64,000 nt of DNA from NCBI GenBank assembly GCA_964486045.1, contig CAZALK010000005.1:190713-254712 (forward strand), read 5' to 3'. How positions within the stretch are numbered: the first letter of the stretch is position 1; each line of letters begins with the position of its first letter. A program made the position numbers and the translations under genes. Below, piece after piece: positions 31,559 to 41,343 of the stretch. Below the pieces are notes generated by a model, which saw nothing but the letters and a program-made list of their open reading frames with translations, made no database searches and was not told the origin of the DNA. This DNA is from an uncultured archaeon. GTDB lineage: Archaea; Asgardarchaeota; Lokiarchaeia; Sigyniarchaeales; SOKP01.

Positions 31559-32416
31559 TTATCTCCTTTGATTTGGGCGTCTTTGATCTGATCGCCTTTG
31601 ATCTGGTCGCCTTTGATCTTGACGATAAACTGGTACAATTTTAGAAGTGAATTCTTCAAGGGAGTAGGGAAATTCCTCCTCGCTCGCAATTTTCCCTAAT
31701 TCGAGCATAATTTGTCTAGCTAAGAACCAAAATGCTAAACCTAAGGCTTTTTTACCACGATTGTTTGCTGGAATTGCGAGATCTATTCCTGTAAGAGTAT
31801 CATCAGTGTCAAAAAGGGATGCTACGGGGATTCTTGCTAATTTAGCTTCTTGCAGAATAACTTTATCTGCATGTGGATCGACTATTACTACGACACTAGC
31901 ATCTTTTATATAAGTATCTATAAGTGGGTTGGTTAAGCTCCCAGGAATAAATCTAGTGGTAATTGCTTTACATCCTATAACCTCACAGAATTTTTTCACT
32001 GGTTCTTTTCCGTATCTTCTAACTGAAGTTACAATGACCCTATCGCTTCCTTCCTCTATGTACTTACTCAAGAATTTAGCCGCAATTTGTAATCTCTCAT
32101 CAGTTTTGGTCAAGTCAATAACATATAATCCATAATTAGTTTGTCGATATATAAATTTTCGAGCATCTCCGGTCAATAACTTTGTGCCGATATGTATACC
32201 ACAACTTAAGTAGAGCTGCTTCCGTTCCTCGTCTTTATCAACTAATATTTCTTGAGTTCCTAATTCTGTTTCAATATCTTCCGTATCTAATAAATCGAGT
32301 TCTTCTTCTAAATCTAAATCTTCTTCGAAATCAATTTCTAAATTTTCCTCAAAGTCTTCAATGGATTCCTCTTTATTTTCACTTTTTTCACCAGTTTTTT
32401 CCTTCTTTTTAGCCAA
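31559..32416 (-). CDS. rps2: 30S ribosomal protein uS2 with acidic N-terminal and repetitive C-terminal extensions
   Basis: GIHIGT, RFIPGSLTNP and IPANNRG motifs. Confidence 0.95.
   Translation of the reverse strand: MAKKKEKTGEKSENKEESIEDFEENLEIDFEEDLDLEEELDLLDTEDIETELGTQEILVDKDEERKQLYLSCGIHIGTKLLTGDARKFIYRQTNYGLYVIDLTKTDERLQIAAKFLSKYIEEGSDRVIVTSVRRYGKEPVKKFCEVIGCKAITTRFIPGSLTNPLIDTYIKDASVVVIVDPHADKVILQEAKLARIPVASLFDTDDTLTGIDLAIPANNRGKKALGLAFWFLARQIMLELGKIASEEEFPYSLEEFTSKIVPVYRQDQRRPDQRRSDQRRPNQRR
31565..31619 (-). repeat. About 4 x 15-bp tandem repeat encoding DQRRP/DQRRS
   Basis: ctttgat recurs every 15 nt; the protein ends DQRRPDQRRSDQRRPNQRR. Confidence 0.8.
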
Positions 32417-32635
32417 AATAATAGCCTTGTTTGTTTTATTCTTTTAAAATTTCTATTAATATTCGAAAGAAATGAATATTTGATTAAATAAGACATAGCT
32501 TTAATATTTTATTGAGGGTTTCACACTAATTAAAACAGATCTAAAGTATTAATATAGCAAAAATGATTTTAATTATTAATATAATTTATCATTCATAATC
32601 AATTATAATAAATTGTTTTTATACAGGTTGGCATA

Positions 32636-33124
32636 ATGGCTTCTTACCGATTTATTTTTGGAATACTAGTAGGGATAATTTTAAGTTTTTTGACCGTGTT
32701 TTTTTTCAATATGGAAAGTATCTTTAGTATTATAGAAACTACTGCAACATCTAATTTGTGGAAGGCTGTCGCGTTATTACTTGGAGCAAACTTTAAATTT
32801 GATATTGTAGCTTTTTTTTCTGGATCATTTACTGTGGCAGGGTTTTTTGCAGCTCAACTTCTCGCGTGGCTTTTTATCGGTTATATTAGTGGAACAATAG
32901 CAAAAGGAACACGAAGAGGTCTAATTGCAGGTTTATTAGTCGTTGTTATGGACATATTGTTGTGGGTTATTTTAAACATAGTATCTGGTGAGGATTTAAT
33001 GGCATTATTCCAAGGTGTTCAATTATCTGAAACTTTGGGGGGAATAATAAGCGCACTCTTAGGAGCTTTTATAGGAGGCTTATTTGGTGGATTAATCAGT
33101 GGACCTTACGAAGAATTCTACTAG
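32636..33124 (+). CDS. Hypothetical 4-TM membrane protein
   Basis: Gly-rich hydrophobic helices. Confidence 0.7.
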   Translation: MASYRFIFGILVGIILSFLTVFFFNMESIFSIIETTATSNLWKAVALLLGANFKFDIVAFFSGSFTVAGFFAAQLLAWLFIGYISGTIAKGTRRGLIAGLLVVVMDILLWVILNIVSGEDLMALFQGVQLSETLGGIISALLGAFIGGLFGGLISGPYEEFY

Positions 33125-33263
33125 GATTCTCTCATTACTACTCAAATTTTTTACGATATTTATAAATTTTTAGTCAAATTTACCATTTCTTTAATGATTA
33201 GGTTTAATTGATTTATTAATTTCTAATAATAGCTATCACCTATTTGAATTGATCATAAAGATA

Positions 33264-33800
33264 ATGGTTAAAAAAGGAGAAATTTTACCAGATCGGAATT
33301 TTGCTTTGGATTTACTTAGAACATTGAAAATCCAAGATTCAATTAAACGACATTCTGAAAAAGTTGCTGATAAAGCGCTAGAAATTGCAGATAAAATAGT
33401 TAAAGCTAAAGTTGATTTGAATTTGATAGAAATAGGTTCAATACTGCATGATATTGGAAGAACTAAAACCCATGGTTTTAACCATGCATTAATAGGTGGT
33501 AAAATATTAAGAGAAGGCGGTTTTTCCGAAAAACTTGCTAAAATATGCGAAACTCATATTTTGGGAGGTTTAGACAAAGAAGATGCAAGAAATTTTGGTT
33601 TACCTGAGAAAGATTATCTACCAAATTCACTAGAGGAAAAAATTGTATGTTTGGCTGATAAATATATTGCCGGAACAAAAGAAGTGTCAATAAATGAGAG
33701 ATTTAATAAATGGTTTTCTAAGTATGGACAATCTACAATACTAATAAAATCGAAAAGAAGAATTAAAGAAATACAAAAAGAATTAGAAGACCTAATGTAA
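33264..33800 (+). CDS. HD-domain phosphohydrolase
   Basis: RHS, LHDIGR and EEKIVCLADK motifs. Confidence 0.85.
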   Translation: MVKKGEILPDRNFALDLLRTLKIQDSIKRHSEKVADKALEIADKIVKAKVDLNLIEIGSILHDIGRTKTHGFNHALIGGKILREGGFSEKLAKICETHILGGLDKEDARNFGLPEKDYLPNSLEEKIVCLADKYIAGTKEVSINERFNKWFSKYGQSTILIKSKRRIKEIQKELEDLM

Positions 33801-33813
33801 ATCTTAGATTTCT

Positions 33814-34305
33814 TTATAATTTCTTCACTAACTGGTTTAAAATACCCCCATCTTCTAATATTTTAGTTAAAAACGCTGGTAATTTTTCAAATTTAATCTT
33901 CAAATTTTTAGTTTTGTTTAAAATCTCACCTTGGTTTAAAGTTATTTCTACATAATCTCCGTAATTAAACATGTCTTTATCCCATAATAATTGAATTCCA
34001 GGTATACCCAAATTTATTAAATTCCTAAAATAAATTCGCGCAAAAGATTTTGCAATAACGGTATTTACACCAAGAATTCTAAATACATGTACTGCTTCCT
34101 CTCTAGAACTACCTGTTCCAAAATTTTCACCAGCTACTAATATACAATGTTTCTTAACCTTTTCAACAAAATTTGGATCGATGTGCTGAAGGGTATATTT
34201 AGCCATTTCATTAGAATCTCTAATTGTTAAAACGTGACTAGGAATAATATCATCTGTATTAATATCATCTCCTAAAATATAAACATATCCTTCAATTTTA
34301 TTCAT
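33814..34305 (-). CDS. 3-isopropylmalate dehydratase/homoaconitase small subunit
   Basis: DINTDDIIP, NFGTGSSRE and SFARIYFRN motifs. Confidence 0.9.
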   Translation of the reverse strand: MNKIEGYVYILGDDINTDDIIPSHVLTIRDSNEMAKYTLQHIDPNFVEKVKKHCILVAGENFGTGSSREEAVHVFRILGVNTVIAKSFARIYFRNLINLGIPGIQLLWDKDMFNYGDYVEITLNQGEILNKTKNLKIKFEKLPAFLTKILEDGGILNQLVKKL

Positions 34306-34308
34306 CTA

Positions 34309-35574
34309 TTACAAAACCTCCCTAGGATCTGTTATTTCCCCTTTTAAAGCAGAAGCTGCAACAGTTGCAGGCGAAGCTAAGTAAACTTGAGAACTATGTG
34401 CGCCCATTCTTCCAACAAAGTTTCGATTTGAACTAGAAATGCAAATTTCTTCGGGTCCAAGAACACCCAAGTGACCTCCTATACAAGGACCACATGTAGA
34501 GTGACCAACTACTGCTCCAGAATTTATAAAAGTTTCAATTAATCCTTCTTTTAAGGCTTCTTCGTATATCTTTTTAGATGCAGGAATAATAATAAACCGA
34601 ATTTTTGAATTTATAGCTTTTCCTTTAAGAATTTTGGCAGCTATGCGGAAATCTTCCATTCTACCATTTGTACAGCTACCTAAAAATGCCTGATCTATTT
34701 TAATTCCTTCCACTTCCTCAATTTCAGCAAGATTGCCAGGATTGGATGGCTTTGCAACCACAGGTGTCATTTCTGATAGGTTATAATCGAAAATTCTTTC
34801 ATACACTGCATCATTATCAGGATATACAAATTTAAAGGGCTTTTCAGTTCTTCCTTCCATCCATATTCTCAATTTATCATCTGGTAAAAAAATACCAAAT
34901 TTTGCACCTGCTTCTACAACCATATTTGCGATTGTCATTCTCCCATCTATAGATAAACCAATTGCCCCGTCACCCTGGAACTCTAATGATTTATAGATCG
35001 CACCATTAGTTGACAAATCCGCTATAATTTTTAAAATAATATCTTTTGACATTACACCATTAGGTAATTTCCCATTAAGGTTTATTTGAAAAGATTCTGG
35101 TACTTTAAACCACAATTTCCCCGTTGCAAACACAACTGAAACGTCAGTTGCACCGATACCGGTAGATAAACAATTAAAAGCACCATATGTAGTAGTGTGA
35201 CTATCTGAGCCTACAATTAACATACCAGGACGAGAAAAGCCCATCTCTGGTAAAACTTGATGACAAATTCCTTTATTAACTTGATACCCGTAATTATGAA
35301 CAAACTTATACTTTTCAGCAAACAATCTCGCATCTCGATGCATTTCAGCAGCTGAAATCGTCGGAGCGGGTACCCAATGATCTAAAATAAAAAAGATCTT
35401 ATTTGGATCCCAAACATAGTCAATTTCTAATTTTTCATACTCTTTATGGATTCTTCCTCCTAATTGCTCATGAACCATTATCATATCAATTTCACAATTA
35501 ATAAATTCTCCAGGAGAAATTTCTTGAAGGCTTGAATGATTTAGAAGTATTTTTTCAGCAATCGTGTGACTCAA
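34309..35574 (-). CDS. 3-isopropylmalate dehydratase/homoaconitase large subunit
   Basis: GICHQ, DSHTTTYG, GSCTNGR, CGPCIG and NRNFVGRMG motifs. Confidence 0.92.
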   Translation of the reverse strand: MSHTIAEKILLNHSSLQEISPGEFINCEIDMIMVHEQLGGRIHKEYEKLEIDYVWDPNKIFFILDHWVPAPTISAAEMHRDARLFAEKYKFVHNYGYQVNKGICHQVLPEMGFSRPGMLIVGSDSHTTTYGAFNCLSTGIGATDVSVVFATGKLWFKVPESFQINLNGKLPNGVMSKDIILKIIADLSTNGAIYKSLEFQGDGAIGLSIDGRMTIANMVVEAGAKFGIFLPDDKLRIWMEGRTEKPFKFVYPDNDAVYERIFDYNLSEMTPVVAKPSNPGNLAEIEEVEGIKIDQAFLGSCTNGRMEDFRIAAKILKGKAINSKIRFIIIPASKKIYEEALKEGLIETFINSGAVVGHSTCGPCIGGHLGVLGPEEICISSSNRNFVGRMGAHSSQVYLASPATVAASALKGEITDPREVL

Positions 35575-35588
35575 TTATCTTCACATTT

Positions 35589-35822
35589 TTATTCTTCATT
35601 TTTACATAAAATTTTATAATCACTTTCTAACAGTAATACAGCTTTTCGAATTATTAAATAAGCGTCTAATAATACTCTTGAGTCGGTTGTCTCGATGGTG
35701 AGTTTAACAGCTTCTCTTTCTCCCTCTGTCCCTGCTAGACGAGGGAAGCTAAACTTATTTACCAACTTAGACAATCTTTCTATACATTGACTCTGATTCT
35801 GACTAGAAATCTCCTGCTTCAA
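35589..35822 (-). pseudogene. Internally deleted M28-peptidase-like gene
   Basis: The N-terminal FSFPRLAGTEGEREA is joined directly to a C-terminal-like helix; only 77 aa. Confidence 0.5.
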
Positions 35823-35917
35823 TTTTAATCGAGATTTTTCAGTTTATTTTAATAGAACTATTCCAGTACTTAAAGTTATAAGAATGATTTATGCTTTTTG
35901 TTTGAAGTTATAATTTT

Positions 35918-36520
35918 TTACATATTTTTTAGCTTATCTAATACAATTTTCTGGATCTTTTCTTGGACAAATTCTATGATATCATCTGAGTTGATAATAT
36001 AGTATTCTTCTTGCTTAGCACGAGTAAGATAAAGATTTCTAACTTTTTCTAAAAACAATATGTCTTCAAATTTTTCTAATTCATTCTCATTTTTACGAGC
36101 TAAAGCTATTTTAGGATCAACATCTAAAATAATTGTTAAATCTGGTTGTCCTACAAATTTATTTAACAGTTTTACCCATTCCACAGAAATTTTATCTGAT
36201 TGAATGGATTGATATATAATTGATGATTCTATATAACGATCTGAGATTACAATATGTCCTTCATCAAGCTTTTTCTGAATCTCACTATGATAATGATAAT
36301 CTCTATCTGCTGCGAATAGTAATGCATCTGTCGTGGGAGGAATTTCTTTGTTTTTCAGAAATTTTCTTAGAATTTTTCCGATTTCACTATTAGATGGTTC
36401 GTGGGTTAAATGGACTTTAAAACCTTTATATTTTAAAAATCCTGTTAGAAGTTGGCTGTGTGTGCTAGTTCCAGCCCCGTCACCACCATCTAAAACAATA
36501 AAAAAAGGCTTAAGATTCAA
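35918..36520 (-). CDS. tmk: Thymidylate kinase
   Basis: THEP, LLFAADR, SDRY and PDLTIILD motifs; variant P-loop GGDGAGTST. Confidence 0.88.
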   Translation of the reverse strand: MNLKPFFIVLDGGDGAGTSTHSQLLTGFLKYKGFKVHLTHEPSNSEIGKILRKFLKNKEIPPTTDALLFAADRDYHYHSEIQKKLDEGHIVISDRYIESSIIYQSIQSDKISVEWVKLLNKFVGQPDLTIILDVDPKIALARKNENELEKFEDILFLEKVRNLYLTRAKQEEYYIINSDDIIEFVQEKIQKIVLDKLKNM

Positions 36521-36722
36521 AATGATTTATAACTACTAAATATTTTATATTGAAAGAGATTATGAATCATAAGTAATTATTGATTTTAATTTTAATTAAC
36601 TCAATATTTAATATTTAATTAGTAAAGCATCGTAAAGTAATTGAATCGAAAAGTATATGAATCTTCCATAAAAATTAAAAGGATTGAATATTCTTTAAAA
36701 AATAAAATGGTCATATCTTAAA

Positions 36723-37070
36723 ATGCCAACTAGTACTATTACCGGTTTTTGTCCGCGTTGTAATCAACAAGTTTTATTAGCTCGTAAAGAGTTTGACACT
36801 TGTCTAGCGATAGTATTATTACTTTTTACAGTAATTGGCTTTTTTATCTACCTCGCTGTCTATTATAATAAAAAGGAAGATAGATGTGTGCACTGTCAAA
36901 CACAAATTACCTTCTCACAAGGTCAAGTACAATTTCAATCGTCTACTTCAAGAAATACATCAGAAGCAGAAGAAATAGAGGTAATTACAGCAAAATACTG
37001 CCCTTTATGTGGGGAAAAATTTGTGGTTGGGATAAAATTTTGTCCTAATTGTGGTAGTAAAATAACTTAA
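36723..37070 (+). CDS. LITAF-like membrane zinc-ribbon protein with C-terminal double zinc ribbon
   Basis: CPRC - hydrophobic hairpin - CVHC, then CPLC..CPNC. Confidence 0.65.
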   Translation: MPTSTITGFCPRCNQQVLLARKEFDTCLAIVLLLFTVIGFFIYLAVYYNKKEDRCVHCQTQITFSQGQVQFQSSTSRNTSEAEEIEVITAKYCPLCGEKFVVGIKFCPNCGSKIT

Positions 37071-37219
37071 GATTCAATTTAAGTGAAAATCCACGCCATA
37101 TTTAATTTCAAAGAGGACCTGACATTTTTTTCCTTTCAAAAATTGGACTCGAGATCTTTTTAGTATCCTCTTTCTTTTCATTGAATTAAATAATAATATA
37201 AAAAAAAAAAGGTAATAAA

Positions 37220-37597
37220 ATGTCATTAAGGTATTGTCCAAAATGTAATATGAATGTTCAGACAAAAAAGATGGAGTTTAATATTGTCCTAGTAATAATC
37301 TTAGCTATTTTTACAGGTGGTATTGGTATATTAATTTATGTTGCGATATATCTAGATAGAGAGAAAAGACCTCGTTGTATACATTGTAATAGTGTTAGCA
37401 CTGCTCAACTAGTCAATAATCAATCAAATTCAAATTATCAATTAGTTAGTAATTCTAATCAGATGATGAGTCAAAAGTCTGTTGTTCAAACACAACTTTT
37501 AGTAGAAGGAACCAAATTTTGTTATAGTTGTGGAACAGAGTTAGATCAGAGTGAGGATGCTAAATTCTGTAGATTTTGTGGGACTGGTATTCAATAG
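37220..37597 (+). CDS. LITAF-like membrane zinc-ribbon protein (tandem paralog)
   Basis: CPKC - hydrophobic hairpin - CIHC, then CYSC..CRFC. Confidence 0.65.
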   Translation: MSLRYCPKCNMNVQTKKMEFNIVLVIILAIFTGGIGILIYVAIYLDREKRPRCIHCNSVSTAQLVNNQSNSNYQLVSNSNQMMSQKSVVQTQLLVEGTKFCYSCGTELDQSEDAKFCRFCGTGIQ

Positions 37598-37662
37598 TTT
37601 AAAATCTCTTTTTATTTTTTATTTTTTTAATATTGACTTAGCCTATTAAGAATTATATTTTT

Positions 37663-38868
37663 TCACTTATTTAGACTCTTTTTAATCCTCATTAAAATCG
37701 TAGATTCGACTGGAGTGCACCCTTTTATGAATAATCCATTTTCTTCTTGATTGGATGTGCAATTTCCAATGAGGAAAGTATCTGAGTAAAGATCTGACTC
37801 ATTCATTCTCTTACCTATTGCTAAATTTAGGGGTTTTTCAGGAGTGAAATTTTCATCTATAAATTCTTTATTATTTTTAAGTAAGTTAAATACTGTTGAC
37901 AAACAAGCAGAACATGATTCTATATCTATAAGATTAACATTTTTATATTGTATTGTTATTGATGTTGGGGGGGGTTTCAATGGCTTCATAAAATCTTGAA
38001 TATTTTTGGGGATTGTTTTAATATCATATTGAGTTTGTGGCATGTTTTGTATCGATTCTGAGATTAATTTTAAATGTGGAACTTCTTGCAAAGTCCATTC
38101 TGGCTGGGTCAATGCAAGAGCAATGATATCTGCTGCAAGAAAGTTTGTTGATGCAATTATAGTGTCCATCCTTACGCAATTTCCTGAAGATGGGCCCATT
38201 CCTTCTTGGACGTATGATGCATCTACAATAGCTAAGGAAGGTTTTATTATATATGCAAGATCTGCTATGGCAATATCTAATTCCTTGACTTTTTCTATTT
38301 TATCTCTTATTTGATCGATTAAATTAGGGGCTTGGAGGTGGTGTAATGTAATTTTATCTCTTTTATGAATCAATCCTTTTAAGTTTTTGAAGCTTAATGA
38401 GGCACCAGTATGCATATGCATTTTAAGTACGGGTATCGATATAATATAGTCAATATCGTTCAAATAACCTGTAAGTCTTATTTTTTTTAATACTTTCCCC
38501 TGGGGGATCTTTTTTACGATTGGAGGGGGTTCGTCCAAATCTAAAAAATGAAGATCTTTATCTTCTAACAAATTAGAATAACCGGACTTCTCAAATGCCA
38601 TCTGAGTATTTGTATTTATGATAGGAGAATCACCAATGAAAAATTTAGCGTTATATCGTTCCTTTAAGTAATTATAAATTGCGGATACTACATCGGGGTT
38701 TGTATTGATACCCGTTCGAGGTTCAGCATCTCTACCGACATTAGGTTTTAATAAAATGTTCTTCCCTGTCATATCAGGAATGATAAGGTTATCAAGGCAT
38801 GAAATTACTGATTTAAGAATATTACTATTTCGAGCTAATGAAACAATAGGCATTTCTTTACTTTTCAT
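37663..38868 (-). CDS. DUF362 domain Fe-S protein
   Basis: LLKPN, PVLKMH, SFKNLKG, EGMGP, CSAC and GCTP motifs. Confidence 0.85.
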   Translation of the reverse strand: MKSKEMPIVSLARNSNILKSVISCLDNLIIPDMTGKNILLKPNVGRDAEPRTGINTNPDVVSAIYNYLKERYNAKFFIGDSPIINTNTQMAFEKSGYSNLLEDKDLHFLDLDEPPPIVKKIPQGKVLKKIRLTGYLNDIDYIISIPVLKMHMHTGASLSFKNLKGLIHKRDKITLHHLQAPNLIDQIRDKIEKVKELDIAIADLAYIIKPSLAIVDASYVQEGMGPSSGNCVRMDTIIASTNFLAADIIALALTQPEWTLQEVPHLKLISESIQNMPQTQYDIKTIPKNIQDFMKPLKPPPTSITIQYKNVNLIDIESCSACLSTVFNLLKNNKEFIDENFTPEKPLNLAIGKRMNESDLYSDTFLIGNCTSNQEENGLFIKGCTPVESTILMRIKKSLNK

Positions 38869-39737
38869 TATTTTATCCCTAAAAACTCGATAATCTTCTT
38901 TTTCATTAGACTCCTATTAGGATTTTGATTTGTCCACCATTCAAACGCTAAAATCCCTTGATTAACAAGCATATCTAAACCTCCTAGTGTTTGACATCCA
39001 ATTTCTACCGCTTCCTTAATCAATCTCGTTTCTAGCGGATTATAAACAACGTCAAATACAAAAAGATCTCCATGGAGCAAATCTTTTGATAGAGGAGTAT
39101 CTTTGACCTTAGGATACATCCCTATGGGGGTTGCATTGATAAGAATGTCTGCTTTCTTTAACCCTTCGTAAATATTATTTTTGTTGCTTATTTTTCCTTC
39201 AATATCTGCGTTCATTTTCTCTTTAATTTCATTAGCAACTGCAATTGCTCTTTCAACAACCAAATCAGTCAATATAATGTGATTGGCTTCTTCTGCCATA
39301 ATATATGCTAAAGATCTAGCCACACCTCCAGATCCTAAAAAAACAATATTTTTACCAGATATTTTACACCCTATATCTAGGAGAGCTTTTTTAGCACCGC
39401 TAGCGTCAGTATTTCTTGCTTTTAAAAATCCTTCCTCGTTTTTTATTGTGTTTACCGCACCAATTTTTAGAGCAATTGGATCAATTTCATCTAAGTATCT
39501 AATAATTGATTCCTTATGAGGTGATGTAACATTTATACCCTTAATGTCCAAACTTCTTATGCCACTGATAGCTTTTTCAAGATTCTTTGGATGAACATCA
39601 ATAGCCAAATACACATAATCAAGCCCTAGCTCTTGAAGAGCAGGATTCCACATAATAGGAGACATGCTATGTTCAATAGGGTGCCCAATAACACAAAAAA
39701 TCTTGGTTTTTGAAGTAATAAGTTTTCCAGAAGACAT
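38868..39737 (-). CDS. aroE: Shikimate dehydrogenase
   Basis: HSMSP, GAVNT, NTD, INATPIGM and GLDMLVNQG motifs. Confidence 0.93.
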   Translation of the reverse strand: MSSGKLITSKTKIFCVIGHPIEHSMSPIMWNPALQELGLDYVYLAIDVHPKNLEKAISGIRSLDIKGINVTSPHKESIIRYLDEIDPIALKIGAVNTIKNEEGFLKARNTDASGAKKALLDIGCKISGKNIVFLGSGGVARSLAYIMAEEANHIILTDLVVERAIAVANEIKEKMNADIEGKISNKNNIYEGLKKADILINATPIGMYPKVKDTPLSKDLLHGDLFVFDVVYNPLETRLIKEAVEIGCQTLGGLDMLVNQGILAFEWWTNQNPNRSLMKKKIIEFLGIK

Positions 39738-39842
39738 CCTTAAAGCAGAAGTTTTAAATTTTATTTAATAATATGTTTAAGAAAAAATGTAATTTATAAT
39801 TATTTAGCCATTATCAAGGAATATTAGGAGGAAAATAAGAAA

Positions 39843-40397
39843 ATGAGTAAAATATCTTTAAGTCGGGGGTTAACCACTTTCCCTATGCCAGCAGCAGTAA
39901 TTTCTGTGGGTACAGGAGATGAAGCCAATTTAATTACTCTTGCTTATGTTGGAAAAGTGTGTTCAAGGCCTCCAATTATTGCTATATCTATACAACCCGT
40001 TCGTCACTCTTATCAATTAATAGAACAGCTTGGAGAATTCGTGATCAATTACCCAACTATCAATCAATTAAAAGAAATGGATTATTGTGGTACGAGATCT
40101 GGGAGAAATGTGAATAAATGGAAAGAGTTAAATCTAACAAAAGAAAAAGCTTTAGTTGTGAATGTGCCTTTAGTAAAGGAATTCCCTTGGAATATGGAAT
40201 GTAAGGTTGTCAATAGGTTAGAACTTGGCACTCACGTATGTTATTTTGGTGAGGTAGTAGCCGTTCATTCTGATGAAGAATTCGTTAAGAATAATTCACT
40301 GGATCCTGATAAATTCAATTTTTTCGCTTATGTTTCAGGCAATTATATTGCTTTGAATAAAGGAGCAATAGAAAAACATGGATTTTCATTATCATAA
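39843..40397 (+). CDS. Flavin reductase family protein
   Basis: GEFVIN, CGTRSGR and ECKV..GTH motifs. Confidence 0.88.
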   Translation: MSKISLSRGLTTFPMPAAVISVGTGDEANLITLAYVGKVCSRPPIIAISIQPVRHSYQLIEQLGEFVINYPTINQLKEMDYCGTRSGRNVNKWKELNLTKEKALVVNVPLVKEFPWNMECKVVNRLELGTHVCYFGEVVAVHSDEEFVKNNSLDPDKFNFFAYVSGNYIALNKGAIEKHGFSLS

Positions 40398-40446
40398 TCT
40401 TTAGAATGATCTCTATGAATATTTGAATTATACAGTTAGAGGAATT

Positions 40447-40977
40447 ATGTCTAAAAGTAATATCACGCTAATTGGATTTATGGCAACAGGGAAAACTACA
40501 GTAGGGAAGGCACTAGTAGAATATCTAGGAAGCACATACTTCTTCATTGAAACAGATCAAATAATAATAGAGAATGTCGGAAAGGATATCCCAAAAATTT
40601 TCGCTGAAGAGGGTGAAAAGAAATTTCGAGAATATGAAATAACCGCATGTAAACAAGTTTCCTTGCTAAAAAATGTTGTAATTTCATGCGGAGGTGGTGT
40701 TGTGTTAAATAAGGTAAATATTGACAATTTAAAAAAAAAATGCCATATCATTTTATTAAAAGCATCAATTCAAGAGATATACACTAGAGCTATGAAAAAT
40801 GGAAAGGAAACTAGACCTATTATTAATAAAGAGGACCCCAAAGGTGAAATAAGAAATGTTCTAAAATTCCGTAATCCGTTATACGATAGAGCTGCAGATT
40901 TTATTATCGAAACAACTGGTAAGAAAATTAATGATATTGTTTTGGAGATTGTAAAAAAAACCTATCTAAAAACCTAA
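40447..40977 (+). CDS. aroK: Shikimate kinase, bacterial AroK type
   Basis: GFMATGKTT, GEKKFREYE, SCGGG and RP motifs. Confidence 0.9.
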   Translation: MSKSNITLIGFMATGKTTVGKALVEYLGSTYFFIETDQIIIENVGKDIPKIFAEEGEKKFREYEITACKQVSLLKNVVISCGGGVVLNKVNIDNLKKKCHIILLKASIQEIYTRAMKNGKETRPIINKEDPKGEIRNVLKFRNPLYDRAADFIIETTGKKINDIVLEIVKKTYLKT

Positions 40978-41035
40978 GTTTAAATTTTTAAAACATACTA
41001 ATATAATGTAAAATAATTGGTTAAGAGTTAAGACT

Positions 41036-41244
41036 ATGACTGAATATAAAAGGACTAAATGCCCAAAATGTAACAATGAGAATCCACGCATGCTCCATGA
41101 TGAACCCGATAAGAGTAATATTCTTTACTACAGTATTGGAAACGTTATTTAAACTTTCCGCTGAAGCAGGGTACTCCAGTTTATGCGCGCATCATAAAAT
41201 GTGGCGACTGTGGAACCACTTTTTCTAAATCTGCTACGGCATAA
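41036..41244 (+). CDS. 59-aa zinc-finger protein after removal of intron 41137-41165 (absent from the ORF track)
   Basis: Spliced product MTEYKRTKCPKCNNENPRMLHDEPDKSNILYYSMQGTPVYARIIKCGDCGTTFSKSATA joins two CxxC knuckles. Confidence 0.8.
41137..41165 (+). other. BHB/BHL mRNA intron, 29 nt
   Basis: Central helix cagt/gctg, bulges att and aag, inner helix ggaaa/tttcc. Cuts at|t and aa|g create agt ATG cag. Confidence 0.82.
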
Positions 41245-41343
41245 AATAACATTAGAGAGATTAAACTATAGGTAATATAACCTAATCATAAGAAAGATAA
41301 GGTTTTTCCCTTCTTTTTTTAATTCTTTTTTATATGAAAGGAG

